Translations under genes and position numbers: made by a program | The notes under the pieces: generated by a model | Databases searched by the model: none | What the model was told of the DNA's origin: nothing | The model's input: only the letters and a program-made list of their open reading frames with translations | Virus record (IMG/VR): IMGVR_UViG_3300046346_000048 | Origin: a virus | Length of the DNA stretch: 37,754 bases | Direction: 5' to 3' (one strand) | Shown here: positions 23,630 through 31,882 of the stretch, piece after piece | Layout: each line of letters opens with the position of its first letter | Position numbering within the stretch: the first letter of the stretch is position 1

Positions 23630-24394
23630 ATGAGTACACAAGCACTAGCGGTTACAAGAAAAGAAGATACAATACAAGTACAAACTCTCATGAAGCCTGT
23701 GGCAACTCCTGCACAGCTTATAGCTTACCATGAAAGCATGACAAGCATAATTAGAGACGCTTTAAAAGAAGGTGTAGATTATGGGACAGTACCAGGATCA
23801 AGAAAGAAAGGTTTATTCAAAGCAGGCGCTGAGAGACTTAATATTGCGTTTGGTACGCACCCAGAATATGAGCTTGTCGAAAAAGAAGCTCACCATGACA
23901 GAGAAAATACTTACACAGATAAATACAAAGGTAATTTAAAATCCCTTGGCCTTTATCGTTATATCTACAAATGCAAGATTACGAAAAGTGATGGCACTTC
24001 CATTGGTGAAGGCGAAGGATCTTGTTCAACACTAGAGCAAAAGTATATATCACGGCCCAGAGACATGGAAAATACTGTCGTTAAAATGGCTCAGAAAAGA
24101 GCTTTTGTTGCTGCGACACTCCATGCATTTGGCTTATCAGATCGCTTTACGCAAGATGCGGAAGACATGCATCAGGAAGCTCCTGTAACAGTTGTTGATA
24201 TACCTAAATCTTCCATAGATACATTTGACACTGCAAAGCCAGATCATCTCGACAAGCTTGAGAAGGGTCTTAAGAGAGATCATCCTAATCTATCCGCAAA
24301 GCATTATGATGCGATAGCAGTGGAGCTGCATGGCAAAGCATTTAGTAAGGCGAGTGTGGATGAGATAATAAAAAGAGTATCGGAGAAAGAATGA
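23630..24394 (+). CDS. Possible single-strand annealing protein (ERF/Rad52-like); function uncertain
   Basis: LFKAGAERLNIAFG and VVKMAQKRAFVAATLHAFGLSDRFTQDAED resemble the ERF-type ...ARKY..NGLFGIDD..D motif. It sits in a recombination-module context between the resolvase and SSB. Confidence 0.35.
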   Translation: MSTQALAVTRKEDTIQVQTLMKPVATPAQLIAYHESMTSIIRDALKEGVDYGTVPGSRKKGLFKAGAERLNIAFGTHPEYELVEKEAHHDRENTYTDKYKGNLKSLGLYRYIYKCKITKSDGTSIGEGEGSCSTLEQKYISRPRDMENTVVKMAQKRAFVAATLHAFGLSDRFTQDAEDMHQEAPVTVVDIPKSSIDTFDTAKPDHLDKLEKGLKRDHPNLSAKHYDAIAVELHGKAFSKASVDEIIKRVSEKE

Positions 24395-24681
24395 AATTAG
24401 AAGAGATCGAGAATCTTTGTGAGAAGGCAACGCTTGGACCTTGGTATTGGGATAGCATAGATGAAATAGTAAGAACTGAAGCGGAAGAATCTAACGTTTG
24501 GACTTCATGTGGGGCTCTTTTATCAAAAGAAGATGGTAACTTCATCGCTGCCTCACGAGCACTAGTTCCGAAACTTCTTGCGGTCGCAAAGGCCTGCAAA
24601 AAGTTTCTTAGCGATCCTAATCGCTATGAGAGAACTATGATGAGAGATGCTATGGAAGATTTAGAAGAGGAGAAAGAATGA
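24391..24681 (+). CDS. Ead/Ea22-like protein (96 aa)
   Basis: CEKATLGPWYWD ... GNFIAASRALVPKLLAVAKA matches the Ead/Ea22-like pattern (A.pGPW ... FIaaar..vp.L). Confidence 0.5.
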   Translation: MKLEEIENLCEKATLGPWYWDSIDEIVRTEAEESNVWTSCGALLSKEDGNFIAASRALVPKLLAVAKACKKFLSDPNRYERTMMRDAMEDLEEEKE

Positions 24682-24866
24682 TTCCTAATACATTTATTGA
24701 ATATTTTTGTTGCTCTTGTGGGGTCTTAGGCGCAGGCATATGGCTACTTGCTGCTATTGAGACAAGAAAAAGGATCAATAGACTGGAAGAAAGAATTTTG
24801 GAGATGCAAAAAAGAGAAGAAGCGTTGAGAGCTATGGAGGCACGAACATTATGGAAGCGCAACTGA
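24678..24866 (+). CDS. Small membrane protein (62 aa, one TM segment plus a charged helix)
   Basis: The hydrophobic segment is CCSCGVLGAGIWLLAAI, followed by RKRINRLEERILEMQKREE. Confidence 0.45.
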   Translation: MIPNTFIEYFCCSCGVLGAGIWLLAAIETRKRINRLEERILEMQKREEALRAMEARTLWKRN

Positions 24867-25029
24867 AGCATTCTAAGGTTTTTCTCGACCTAAAATCTTG
24901 AAAGATCTATGACCGCACTTAAAGCATTCTCTTTCCAAAATTCTGAAATATGTGTAACTATGAATCTTAGAAAAAGTATAAAAATGAATACAAAGTAATG
25001 TTTCAAAAAACTTAAACATTGGAGTCCTT

Positions 25030-25425
25030 ATGCACTTGGAAAACATCGCTGTTATTGGATATCTTGGCAAAGATCCTACGCAAAATCAAGTGAACGGAAA
25101 GACTGTATGCAACTTCTCTGTAGGTGCTACGAATGCAAGAACTAAGAAGACCACTTGGTATCGTGTTGCAGCATGGGGTGCATTAGGTGATCTTTGTATG
25201 AAGTATTTGAAAGTAGGAAAAGCCGTGTATGCGCAAGGAGATCTTGAATTAGTAGAATGGCAAAAAGAAGGTATAAGCGATAAGCAATTGCAGATACAAG
25301 CGCGTACTGTGCAGTTTTTGTCTCCTCAAGATGCTAGACAGGATGCGCCGCAACGTCACGTACCGCAAAGCGCTGATTTAGGTTATGGGCCACCAATGTA
25401 TGATCGAGATGAAATCCCTTTTTAG
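25030..25425 (+). CDS. ssb: Single-stranded DNA-binding protein
   Basis: An OB-fold pattern (IAVIGYLGKDP...TTWYRVAAWG...KYLKVGKAVYAQGDLE) and an acidic C-terminal tip, DRDEIPF. Confidence 0.9.
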   Translation: MHLENIAVIGYLGKDPTQNQVNGKTVCNFSVGATNARTKKTTWYRVAAWGALGDLCMKYLKVGKAVYAQGDLELVEWQKEGISDKQLQIQARTVQFLSPQDARQDAPQRHVPQSADLGYGPPMYDRDEIPF

Positions 25426-25483
25426 GTTTATAGTGAACCAATTTTAGGTTTATAATGAAACAATTTAAGGTTTATAGTGAAAC
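25423..25483 (+). repeat. Three direct repeats (T/A)AGGTTTATA(G/A)TGAA(A)C spaced 22 bp apart
   Basis: The copies are at 25423-25438, 25445-25461 and 25467-25483. The third contains the GTG start of the next ORF. Confidence 0.85.
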
Positions 25484-25704
25484 AAAAAATTATTCTTGAA
25501 CATACTCCAACGCAATTCATTCCTCCATTGCCAGAATTCCCCTATAGAATCTATTGCTGCATATGTAGAAATACAATTGCTGCTGCTGAGACTCCTATTC
25601 CAAAAAAGTTGTTGGATCAAATGCAGAATGTTCCTTGTAGTAGATGTGTGAGTACGGAAGACTTTATTGAAAGAGAAAGAAAAAATAATGGCGGCGTTCA
25701 GTAA
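25477..25704 (+). CDS. Small Cys-pair (zinc-ribbon-like) protein (75 aa)
   Basis: Cysteine pairs CCIC ... CSRC. The start is a GTG, so it is uncertain. Confidence 0.4.
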   Translation: MKQKIILEHTPTQFIPPLPEFPYRIYCCICRNTIAAAETPIPKKLLDQMQNVPCSRCVSTEDFIERERKNNGGVQ

Positions 25705-25790
25705 ACAAGTGTGTTTAGTGAACGGTGAATTTAAAATATCGCACCTTTGAATGAGAAGGTTTTCAGAAGATTAAGGGGGTTTAATGAACA

Positions 25791-26537
25791 ATGGCTATAA
25801 AGTTGACCCCAGAACAAAAAGCCAGCCGGAAAATATCAAGGGATAAGTACCGTCAAAAGCTCCGTGATAAAAAAAACAACAATTCCGATCCTGTCCTATC
25901 TCTTCCCGAAAAAGAGATACAACTCCCCTATGTCCCACCTATACCCGAAACAATTTTGCCTATGCCCACCTATGCCCCACCTATGCCCCATGTCCTCAGC
26001 TTATGCCTCAAGGTATCTCTTTGTATCTCCATTACGTGCCTTCTGTGCTATTTTCAGGCAGTGGCATACGCTCCCAAAGAATCTCTGGAACCCTTGCACT
26101 GGGCCATTGCCATCGTTTGTGAGATATCTCTCTGTTATCTCTCTGCTTCCCTAAATATCTCTTGGGCATCCCGATTTCTTTTTGCTGCTCTATTCACTTA
26201 TAACATCGGCGTGATGACCTATGCCATCAAACGAGATGAGACAATAAAGACCATCAAAGAGATAAAAGGAGATACGGACGAAAAGATGAGACAAGAGCTT
26301 TTTGCCAAAACTATGATCGCTTTCGACCTTTCGGCAAAAAGACACGAAACTGGAAATACAGCCAGATTTATCAAAATATTAGAAGACACCACGAAATCTC
26401 CCGTTGCTCCAATGGCAAAACCTATGCTTAATGTGCTTAAATTTGAATCAATAAGTCTGATCGTTTTGAGGGCAATTCTAATGCTTCTCAATGCACTTTT
26501 GATTCATCGGATTCTGCTTTTAAGAAAAATTAAATGA
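25791..26537 (+). CDS. Multi-pass membrane protein (248 aa)
   Basis: A basic N-terminus, a Pro-rich linker, and at least four hydrophobic segments. Confidence 0.5.
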   Translation: MAIKLTPEQKASRKISRDKYRQKLRDKKNNNSDPVLSLPEKEIQLPYVPPIPETILPMPTYAPPMPHVLSLCLKVSLCISITCLLCYFQAVAYAPKESLEPLHWAIAIVCEISLCYLSASLNISWASRFLFAALFTYNIGVMTYAIKRDETIKTIKEIKGDTDEKMRQELFAKTMIAFDLSAKRHETGNTARFIKILEDTTKSPVAPMAKPMLNVLKFESISLIVLRAILMLLNALLIHRILLLRKIK

Positions 26538-26628
26538 TATTGAAAAAATAAAGAATGAATCTGAATCTGAATGCGAATACATTAGCGAATGCTTATGCAT
26601 TTCTTTATACAAGGTTTTTGGAGAAGTA

Positions 26629-26856
26629 ATGGAGCTAGACGAACTTGAGAGATATTGTGAGGAACTTCCCATCGACATGGAAGATTTGAAGAAATATGAA
26701 ATTAGACCTGACTTTATCGTATTTCTTGCAAATAAAATGCCTATGTTGATTGCTGTCGCGAGGGCTGCTAAATGCCAATTAGCACAGATTTGTGCAGATC
26801 CGAATTATGAAATTCATGAATTAGAATGTGCTCTTACAGAGCTAGAAAAAGATTGA
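26629..26856 (+). CDS. Hypothetical protein (75 aa), distantly similar to the C-terminal part of 24391-24681
   Basis: Compare FIVFLANKMPMLIAVARAAK...DPNYE with FIAASRALVPKLLAVAKACK...DPNRYE. Confidence 0.45.
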   Translation: MELDELERYCEELPIDMEDLKKYEIRPDFIVFLANKMPMLIAVARAAKCQLAQICADPNYEIHELECALTELEKD

Positions 26857-27042
26857 AGTATGAATTACGAGACTTTCATAAATCCCTGTATCGCAATGAT
26901 AGCAGCGCTTTTAACTTATAAGATCCTAAGCATAATTATGAAATATTTTAAAAATAAATAAGTAATTATTGATGCCTTTCATTTCTTGTATATTTCTCAT
27001 AAAATGCACTCCTTTCGAATAACAATGTTTGGAGTAAAATTT

Positions 27043-27756
27043 ATGATTACAGGATTAGTATTAGCAACAAGCTTAATGTTCTCGACTTACATAAAAGGTG
27101 CAGATGCCTATGTAGGTGATGACATGACAGATGAAGATTTTGAATCGTTTGTGGATAAAAACTATGAGCAATTCAATGATGCTAGAAAATTTATACATGA
27201 ACATCGAGATGCACTCTATAGAGGGATGCTTGGTGGTGCTATAGGAATTGGGTTAAAAAATGTTCTTAATAAACACCCCGCTATAGGCGGTACAATCATT
27301 GCAGGCGCTGTAGAATTTGCGAAAGAAATTTATAAAGAGACAAGTGGAGGTTCTAGAGAAGATCGCTTAGATGAGATGCAACGCGAGCTAGATAATTTAA
27401 AATCTGTTGCGAATCAATTGAGCGGAAGAATGGATGAAGTCCGTAGTGAAGACATTCGGTTGGCAGAAGAATATAATGCAAAATCTGATAAACTAATGGA
27501 AAAAGCTAGAGCTCAGCTAAAGATTGAGAATGCTATCCATAGATACAATATGCAGCATGATCCTGATTACAGAACAAAATACGCCTCTGAATCTGCTGAT
27601 TGTGGGCCTCACAGTGAACACTATCGTTACTATCGAGATCCTGAAACAAGGGAAATACGAGACACAATTGATAGAATCTATCATGATTCTGTCAATCCTA
27701 GATCGGAATATGTGACACCAGATAGATATGAACGCTCAGAATCCCAAAAAGATTAA
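27043..27756 (+). CDS. Secreted or membrane-anchored coiled-coil protein (237 aa; start moved to ATG 27043)
   Basis: GGAG lies upstream of ATG 27043. The signal-like N-terminus is MITGLVLATSLMFSTYIKGADA. The track start at 26986 is a non-ATG codon. Confidence 0.5.
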   Translation: MITGLVLATSLMFSTYIKGADAYVGDDMTDEDFESFVDKNYEQFNDARKFIHEHRDALYRGMLGGAIGIGLKNVLNKHPAIGGTIIAGAVEFAKEIYKETSGGSREDRLDEMQRELDNLKSVANQLSGRMDEVRSEDIRLAEEYNAKSDKLMEKARAQLKIENAIHRYNMQHDPDYRTKYASESADCGPHSEHYRYYRDPETREIRDTIDRIYHDSVNPRSEYVTPDRYERSESQKD

Positions 27757-27792
27757 GATTTTTTAACAACAATTTAAACAAAGGAAAGGAAA

Positions 27793-28101
27793 ATGAAAAA
27801 TGTATGTGCTCTTTTAATCTTCACAGTAGCGTGCGGTAGCCAGCCAAACAGCAAAGAAGACAATGGTTGGAACGAGAACACTCTCACAAAACAAAAGTCA
27901 GAGTGTACACACGAATTCATAAAGAGAGCCCCAAATTCCAAATTGGATCAAGTCAAAGGTATGTGCTCTTGTCTTATTGATGAGATAAGTAGCAAGTATA
28001 CCTATGAGGAGTCCAATGAAAAGGCCTCTGAAATTGCAAAAGAAATGGAAGACAATGGCACTATCAAAAGGTGTCTGAAAGACAACGGTATGGTGAAGTA
28101 A
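27793..28101 (+). CDS. Lipoprotein (102 aa), paralogue of 17114-17431
   Basis: Lipobox FTVAC|G. It shares GWNENTL and MCSCLIDEISSKYTY motifs with the other lipoprotein. Confidence 0.7.
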   Translation: MKNVCALLIFTVACGSQPNSKEDNGWNENTLTKQKSECTHEFIKRAPNSKLDQVKGMCSCLIDEISSKYTYEESNEKASEIAKEMEDNGTIKRCLKDNGMVK

Positions 28102-28310
28102 TGTATACCGCAGAGGATTACATATTCACTGTCGGCGATTACATTTACTTGAGTTTTGTATTCGGTGGATTTCCTGTAATGGTATTTCATAAGTTTACTA
28201 AGCGAAAATATGGAAAGACTCTGTATCAAGTCATGTACGCATGGACAGGATTTTTTCTATATTTTGTGGCTAGAGTTATACTTGCGACTATTAGATTGGT
28301 TCAAGCTTAA
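28101..28310 (+). CDS. Small two-TM membrane protein (69 aa), weak holin candidate
   Basis: The ATG at 28101 overlaps the upstream TAA (TAATG). Hydrophobic segments are YLSFVFGGFPVMVF and WTGFFLYFVARVILATI. Its 3' end overlaps that of the lysin gene by 4 nt, convergently. Confidence 0.4.
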   Translation: MYTAEDYIFTVGDYIYLSFVFGGFPVMVFHKFTKRKYGKTLYQVMYAWTGFFLYFVARVILATIRLVQA

Positions 28311-28795
28311 GCATCTGGAACTTGAATAAGCTTAATCACCTTGTCCACATAATCCTGATTTTGATATGTACCATCCTGTTTCTTTCTCGGCTCCCCCGCA
28401 TTGTAAGCTGCTATCTGATCTGTAAGTGATACATATCTGGTACATATCCTTTTCATATACACACACGCCCAAAAGCTTCCACAATCAGGCAAACTTAAGC
28501 TTTGCAAAGGGCTCTTCATTCCGCAATCTCGTGCGGTAGCACCCATGATCTGGCCCAACCCCCATGAGAACTGTTGGAGTGTCTTTTCAGTCATTTCGGT
28601 GATACGTAACATTTGCGCAAAATAAGATGGTTTTGATACATATAAGAAAGAAGGTTCAAAGCGAATGGCTGAAGGATTCCAACTGGATTCCACAGAAATG
28701 ATAGCAAGCATAAGATCAAGCCGAAGTTCGAGATCTTTACAAGTTTTTACAACGTAATCTTTATAAAGATCCTTTTCGAACATGTTTGACCTCAA
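28307..28795 (-). CDS. Lytic transglycosylase (SLT domain) lysin
   Basis: AIISVESSWNP carries the catalytic Glu-Ser. GLGQIMG and AAYNAG are the other SLT signature motifs. Confidence 0.8.
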   Translation of the reverse strand: MRSNMFEKDLYKDYVVKTCKDLELRLDLMLAIISVESSWNPSAIRFEPSFLYVSKPSYFAQMLRITEMTEKTLQQFSWGLGQIMGATARDCGMKSPLQSLSLPDCGSFWACVYMKRICTRYVSLTDQIAAYNAGEPRKKQDGTYQNQDYVDKVIKLIQVPDA

Positions 28796-29031
28796 ACGCT
28801 TGCAAATACCCCAATGATCGTCTTTATGAGTTCGTAAGAAGCTTCAGCAAGTTCTAATGCGTCTTCCTTGCTTAAAGATTTAAGCTCTGGTAAAACTCCA
28901 TGCTCATCTTCTGAAAGAGATTTAAAATCGCTTAGAAGATGAAAGATATTTGCATGCTCACCATCCTCTATAATTTGTGCGAAATCATGGAGGACTTTTT
29001 TGCTCTGTTCTACTGACATCTTTGACCTCAA
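28792..29031 (-). CDS. Hypothetical acidic protein (79 aa)
   Basis: The ORF is coupled (by overlap) to the lysin gene. Confidence 0.45.
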   Translation of the reverse strand: MRSKMSVEQSKKVLHDFAQIIEDGEHANIFHLLSDFKSLSEDEHGVLPELKSLSKEDALELAEASYELIKTIIGVFASV

Positions 29032-29055
29032 AATGTTACACGTGAAACATTTAAA

Positions 29056-30375
29056 TTATGTAATAGGTGTTGCTTGAATATATCCAGATCCGTAATTGCA
29101 AGTTGAAACGCTGAAATTTGCCACTGCTATAAGAAATAATGTCGTCGTAGAACCAAAAGTCGCAATGTAGCTTGGGATAGGAATGCAAATATCATTGGCA
29201 GGTACAGTTCCAAGAGAAACAAATTGAGTAAATTCTCCACCACTAGGAACGCCCAATACGGTTGTAAAAATAGTCCCAGAAGTTTTTGAAACGCCCGCTC
29301 TTAAAATAGCTACAGCAGTTGTACCTCCTACACCAAAATCTATATTACCGCTAATTAGCCATTTACCAGCAGGCACAGAAATACTTGTCACATTAACAGG
29401 CGTGTTTGTCGTGAGACTGGCACCTGAAGTTACAACGGATGAGACAGACACTATAGGACTAACTTTGCCGTTGAAAGTATTCCAATCTGTTGAAGATAGA
29501 TAACCGTTATGTGTAGTATCTGCTACTTGTTGCGCTATCGAAGTCCCACTTCCTATAATGGCACCCGTGCCCCCCGTAACAGTTATGCCGTCGGTACCTG
29601 CATCCGTTAAATTTCCGGTTGTGATTGTTGCTTGTTTATTATTGAAAGTTGACCAATCCGTACTTGATAAATAACCATTATGAGATGCATCTGCTACATG
29701 CTGAGCAATGCTAGTACCTGATCCTATAACCGCACCTGTTCCAGACGTAACAGTTATGCCATCTGTACCTGCATCCGTTAAATTTCCTATCGTAAGTGCA
29801 GCTTGCTTTGAATTAAAAGTGCTCCAATCTGTTGAAGATAGATAACCATTATGCGAAGCATCCGCTACATGCTGTGCTATCGAAGTTCCCGATCCAATAA
29901 CTGAACCTGTACCTCCCGTGACAACAATCCCATCAGTTCCTGCATCAGATAGATTTCCAATGGTAAGCGCCGTTTGTTTATTGTTGAACGTCGACCAATC
30001 GGTGCTTGATAAGTATCCGTTATGAGTGCTGTCAGCGACGTGTTGAGCGATACTCGTTCCGCTTCCAACGACAGCAGCAGTTCCGCCTGTGATGACAATT
30101 CCATCTGTGCCTACATCCGTTAAATTTCCTGTCGGAATATCTGCGGCTACGATAGCCCTAAAAGTAGGTTGAGCAGCGGCCCCTGTAGTGGGCCCTGCAA
30201 ATACACGATTTGCAGTCTCTGTTTTCAAAGTCATGTCAATAGTACCTGCGCCTGTCACAGGACTATTTGTGATCGTGTATATAGGAACAGTACTTGTGTC
30301 TGCTAATCCTACACTTGTTACAGTACCAGAACTTCCCGTACTATCTGCAGGATAAGATGCATAAATATCTGTCAT
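29056..30375 (-). CDS. Tail fibre protein with four 57-aa tandem repeats
   Basis: The unit GNLTD(A/V)GTDGI.VTGGTG..IGSGTSIAQHVAD.SHNGYLSSTDWSTFNNKQ..LTI occurs four times. The C-terminus is beta-rich. Confidence 0.7.
   Translation of the reverse strand: MTDIYASYPADSTGSSGTVTSVGLADTSTVPIYTITNSPVTGAGTIDMTLKTETANRVFAGPTTGAAAQPTFRAIVAADIPTGNLTDVGTDGIVITGGTAAVVGSGTSIAQHVADSTHNGYLSSTDWSTFNNKQTALTIGNLSDAGTDGIVVTGGTGSVIGSGTSIAQHVADASHNGYLSSTDWSTFNSKQAALTIGNLTDAGTDGITVTSGTGAVIGSGTSIAQHVADASHNGYLSSTDWSTFNNKQATITTGNLTDAGTDGITVTGGTGAIIGSGTSIAQQVADTTHNGYLSSTDWNTFNGKVSPIVSVSSVVTSGASLTTNTPVNVTSISVPAGKWLISGNIDFGVGGTTAVAILRAGVSKTSGTIFTTVLGVPSGGEFTQFVSLGTVPANDICIPIPSYIATFGSTTTLFLIAVANFSVSTCNYGSGYIQATPIT
29446..30129 (-). 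repeat. Four tandem 171-nt coding repeats inside the fibre gene
   Basis: The repeats are visible in the protein, and the DNA shows a 171-nt period (for example, related strings at about 29505, 29676, 29847 and 30018). Confidence 0.85.
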
Positions 30376-30376
30376 G

Positions 30377-30769
30377 TTATGACACCTTTCCGTTGATCAC
30401 AGCTTGCAATGTACCTGTTCCACTTCCTGCTGTGTAAATAAGTCTTATGGCGTAGGCCATGATTCTTTCTATATCAATGAATACAGTTCCAGTATTTCCC
30501 GTGATCGCAATTGTAGTAGAAGGAACGCCTGCAACATTTAGTTCTACAGTTGTCCATGTTCCTGAATTATTAACCGCACCTGTTGGTTCAAGTGAGTAGT
30601 CATTAGAAACTTGAACACTCACAGTTCCAACTGGACTTGTGCCTGCCCAAGAAAGAGCATAACTAACGCCTGTAATGGATTGTAAAACTGTGACACTAGA
30701 CGTGATATTTGCTGCCATTGCACCATTTGTGATGACGGAATACGGCCGCAGGGTGGTGCGAGTACTCAT
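30377..30769 (-). CDS. Hypothetical beta-rich virion protein (130 aa)
   Basis: The ORF is preceded by motif copy C and a good ribosome-binding site (AAAGGAGAACCCTATG). Confidence 0.5.
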   Translation of the reverse strand: MSTRTTLRPYSVITNGAMAANITSSVTVLQSITGVSYALSWAGTSPVGTVSVQVSNDYSLEPTGAVNNSGTWTTVELNVAGVPSTTIAITGNTGTVFIDIERIMAYAIRLIYTAGSGTGTLQAVINGKVS

Positions 30770-30806
30770 AGGGTTCTCCTTTAGTTTTTCAGGGATCTCC
30801 TACAAG

Positions 30807-30826
30807 TGGGTTAAATGGGGCGCTTA
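30807..30826 (-). promoter_or_regulatory. Conserved late-gene motif, degenerate copy C (minus strand TAAGCGCCCCATTTAACCCA)
   Basis: It shares the CCCCATTT..CCCA core with copies A and B. Like copy B, it overlaps the TAA stop of the upstream gene. Confidence 0.4.
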
Positions 30827-31882
30827 TTGTTTTTGCTGTCTTGACGCTAAGGCTTGATTGCTTGTGAGAAAACTTTGATCTGATTTTGTAAGCTTTGATG
30901 TGTTTTTCTTAGGCTTTGTAGCTTGTCCTGCTTGAGGAACAGGCATTGGAGGACGGAATGTGGCTTGAATGGCTTGCATGTTTTGCGGATAGAGATCGCC
31001 AGATAAAGGTGTTGCCATGAGCATGCTGAGGCCTTGTCTTACTCCATAATGTGGTTTTTCCCCCTTAAGCTGGGAACTAATGATTTTATCCGTAATTTTT
31101 TTTTGCATAGTTTGCAAAAGTTCAGGATACATCGTAGAAAGATGCAAGATTTGGGAAGGCTCAATAGTCCCCCTTTTAATATCATGAAGAACAGACAACG
31201 GATGATTAGCCACATCCAAGGCTTTGTTATATTTTTTAAGCTGTGCGGTTTGATCAGGTTCAGCATCAAATGCAAGACGTGGAGCATTGGCTTTAGGTTT
31301 TAAATCATTTAAGTAACTCGATACTTTCGCTTTTGTACTTTGTAGGAGTAAGTTTTGTTCAGGATGAAAGCTATGAAGCGTAGATTCCTGTAAAGGAGTT
31401 GAAGGATCAGCTTGCCCCTCTGATAAAGCATTTTGCACATCGTCATAAGCGTTTCCTTTTTCCATCCAATCATCCAAAGTTTTTCTTTGCTTAGTCATGT
31501 CATAGGCAGGAAAATCATCCTTGGAAAATAAAGACGCTGCGGAATCATCAAGATTCTTATGTCCTTTTTTGATTGAGGCATAATATTTTTCCATAGGGTC
31601 ATTAAGTTTCTTATTAAGAAGTCCTGTTGCTCCATGATTTGCAAGATATCCTGAGACAGCAGATAAGGGGTCTGGAAACTGCTCTTTTTCTGCTTCTCCA
31701 CCTTCTGCAAAATATTCACAATCAGGCTGGTGAGCTTCATTAAGCTGACAAAAATGCTTAGGGACATCTCCCCCTTTTGCGAGATTCCCATAGCACTTAC
31801 AATTAGGATGTGGTTTTCCGTGTGACTTACAACTCGGATTCCTACAAGGAAGTCTCTCATCATAAGCTGCATACGTTGTCAT
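30824..31882 (-). CDS. Hypothetical virion-module protein (352 aa) with an N-terminal Cys/His cluster and A-x-GG motifs
   Basis: The N-terminus is CRNPSCKSHGKPHPNCKCYGNLAKGGDVPKHFCQLNEAHQPDCEYFAEGGEAEKE. Confidence 0.5.
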   Translation of the reverse strand: MTTYAAYDERLPCRNPSCKSHGKPHPNCKCYGNLAKGGDVPKHFCQLNEAHQPDCEYFAEGGEAEKEQFPDPLSAVSGYLANHGATGLLNKKLNDPMEKYYASIKKGHKNLDDSAASLFSKDDFPAYDMTKQRKTLDDWMEKGNAYDDVQNALSEGQADPSTPLQESTLHSFHPEQNLLLQSTKAKVSSYLNDLKPKANAPRLAFDAEPDQTAQLKKYNKALDVANHPLSVLHDIKRGTIEPSQILHLSTMYPELLQTMQKKITDKIISSQLKGEKPHYGVRQGLSMLMATPLSGDLYPQNMQAIQATFRPPMPVPQAGQATKPKKNTSKLTKSDQSFLTSNQALASRQQKQ

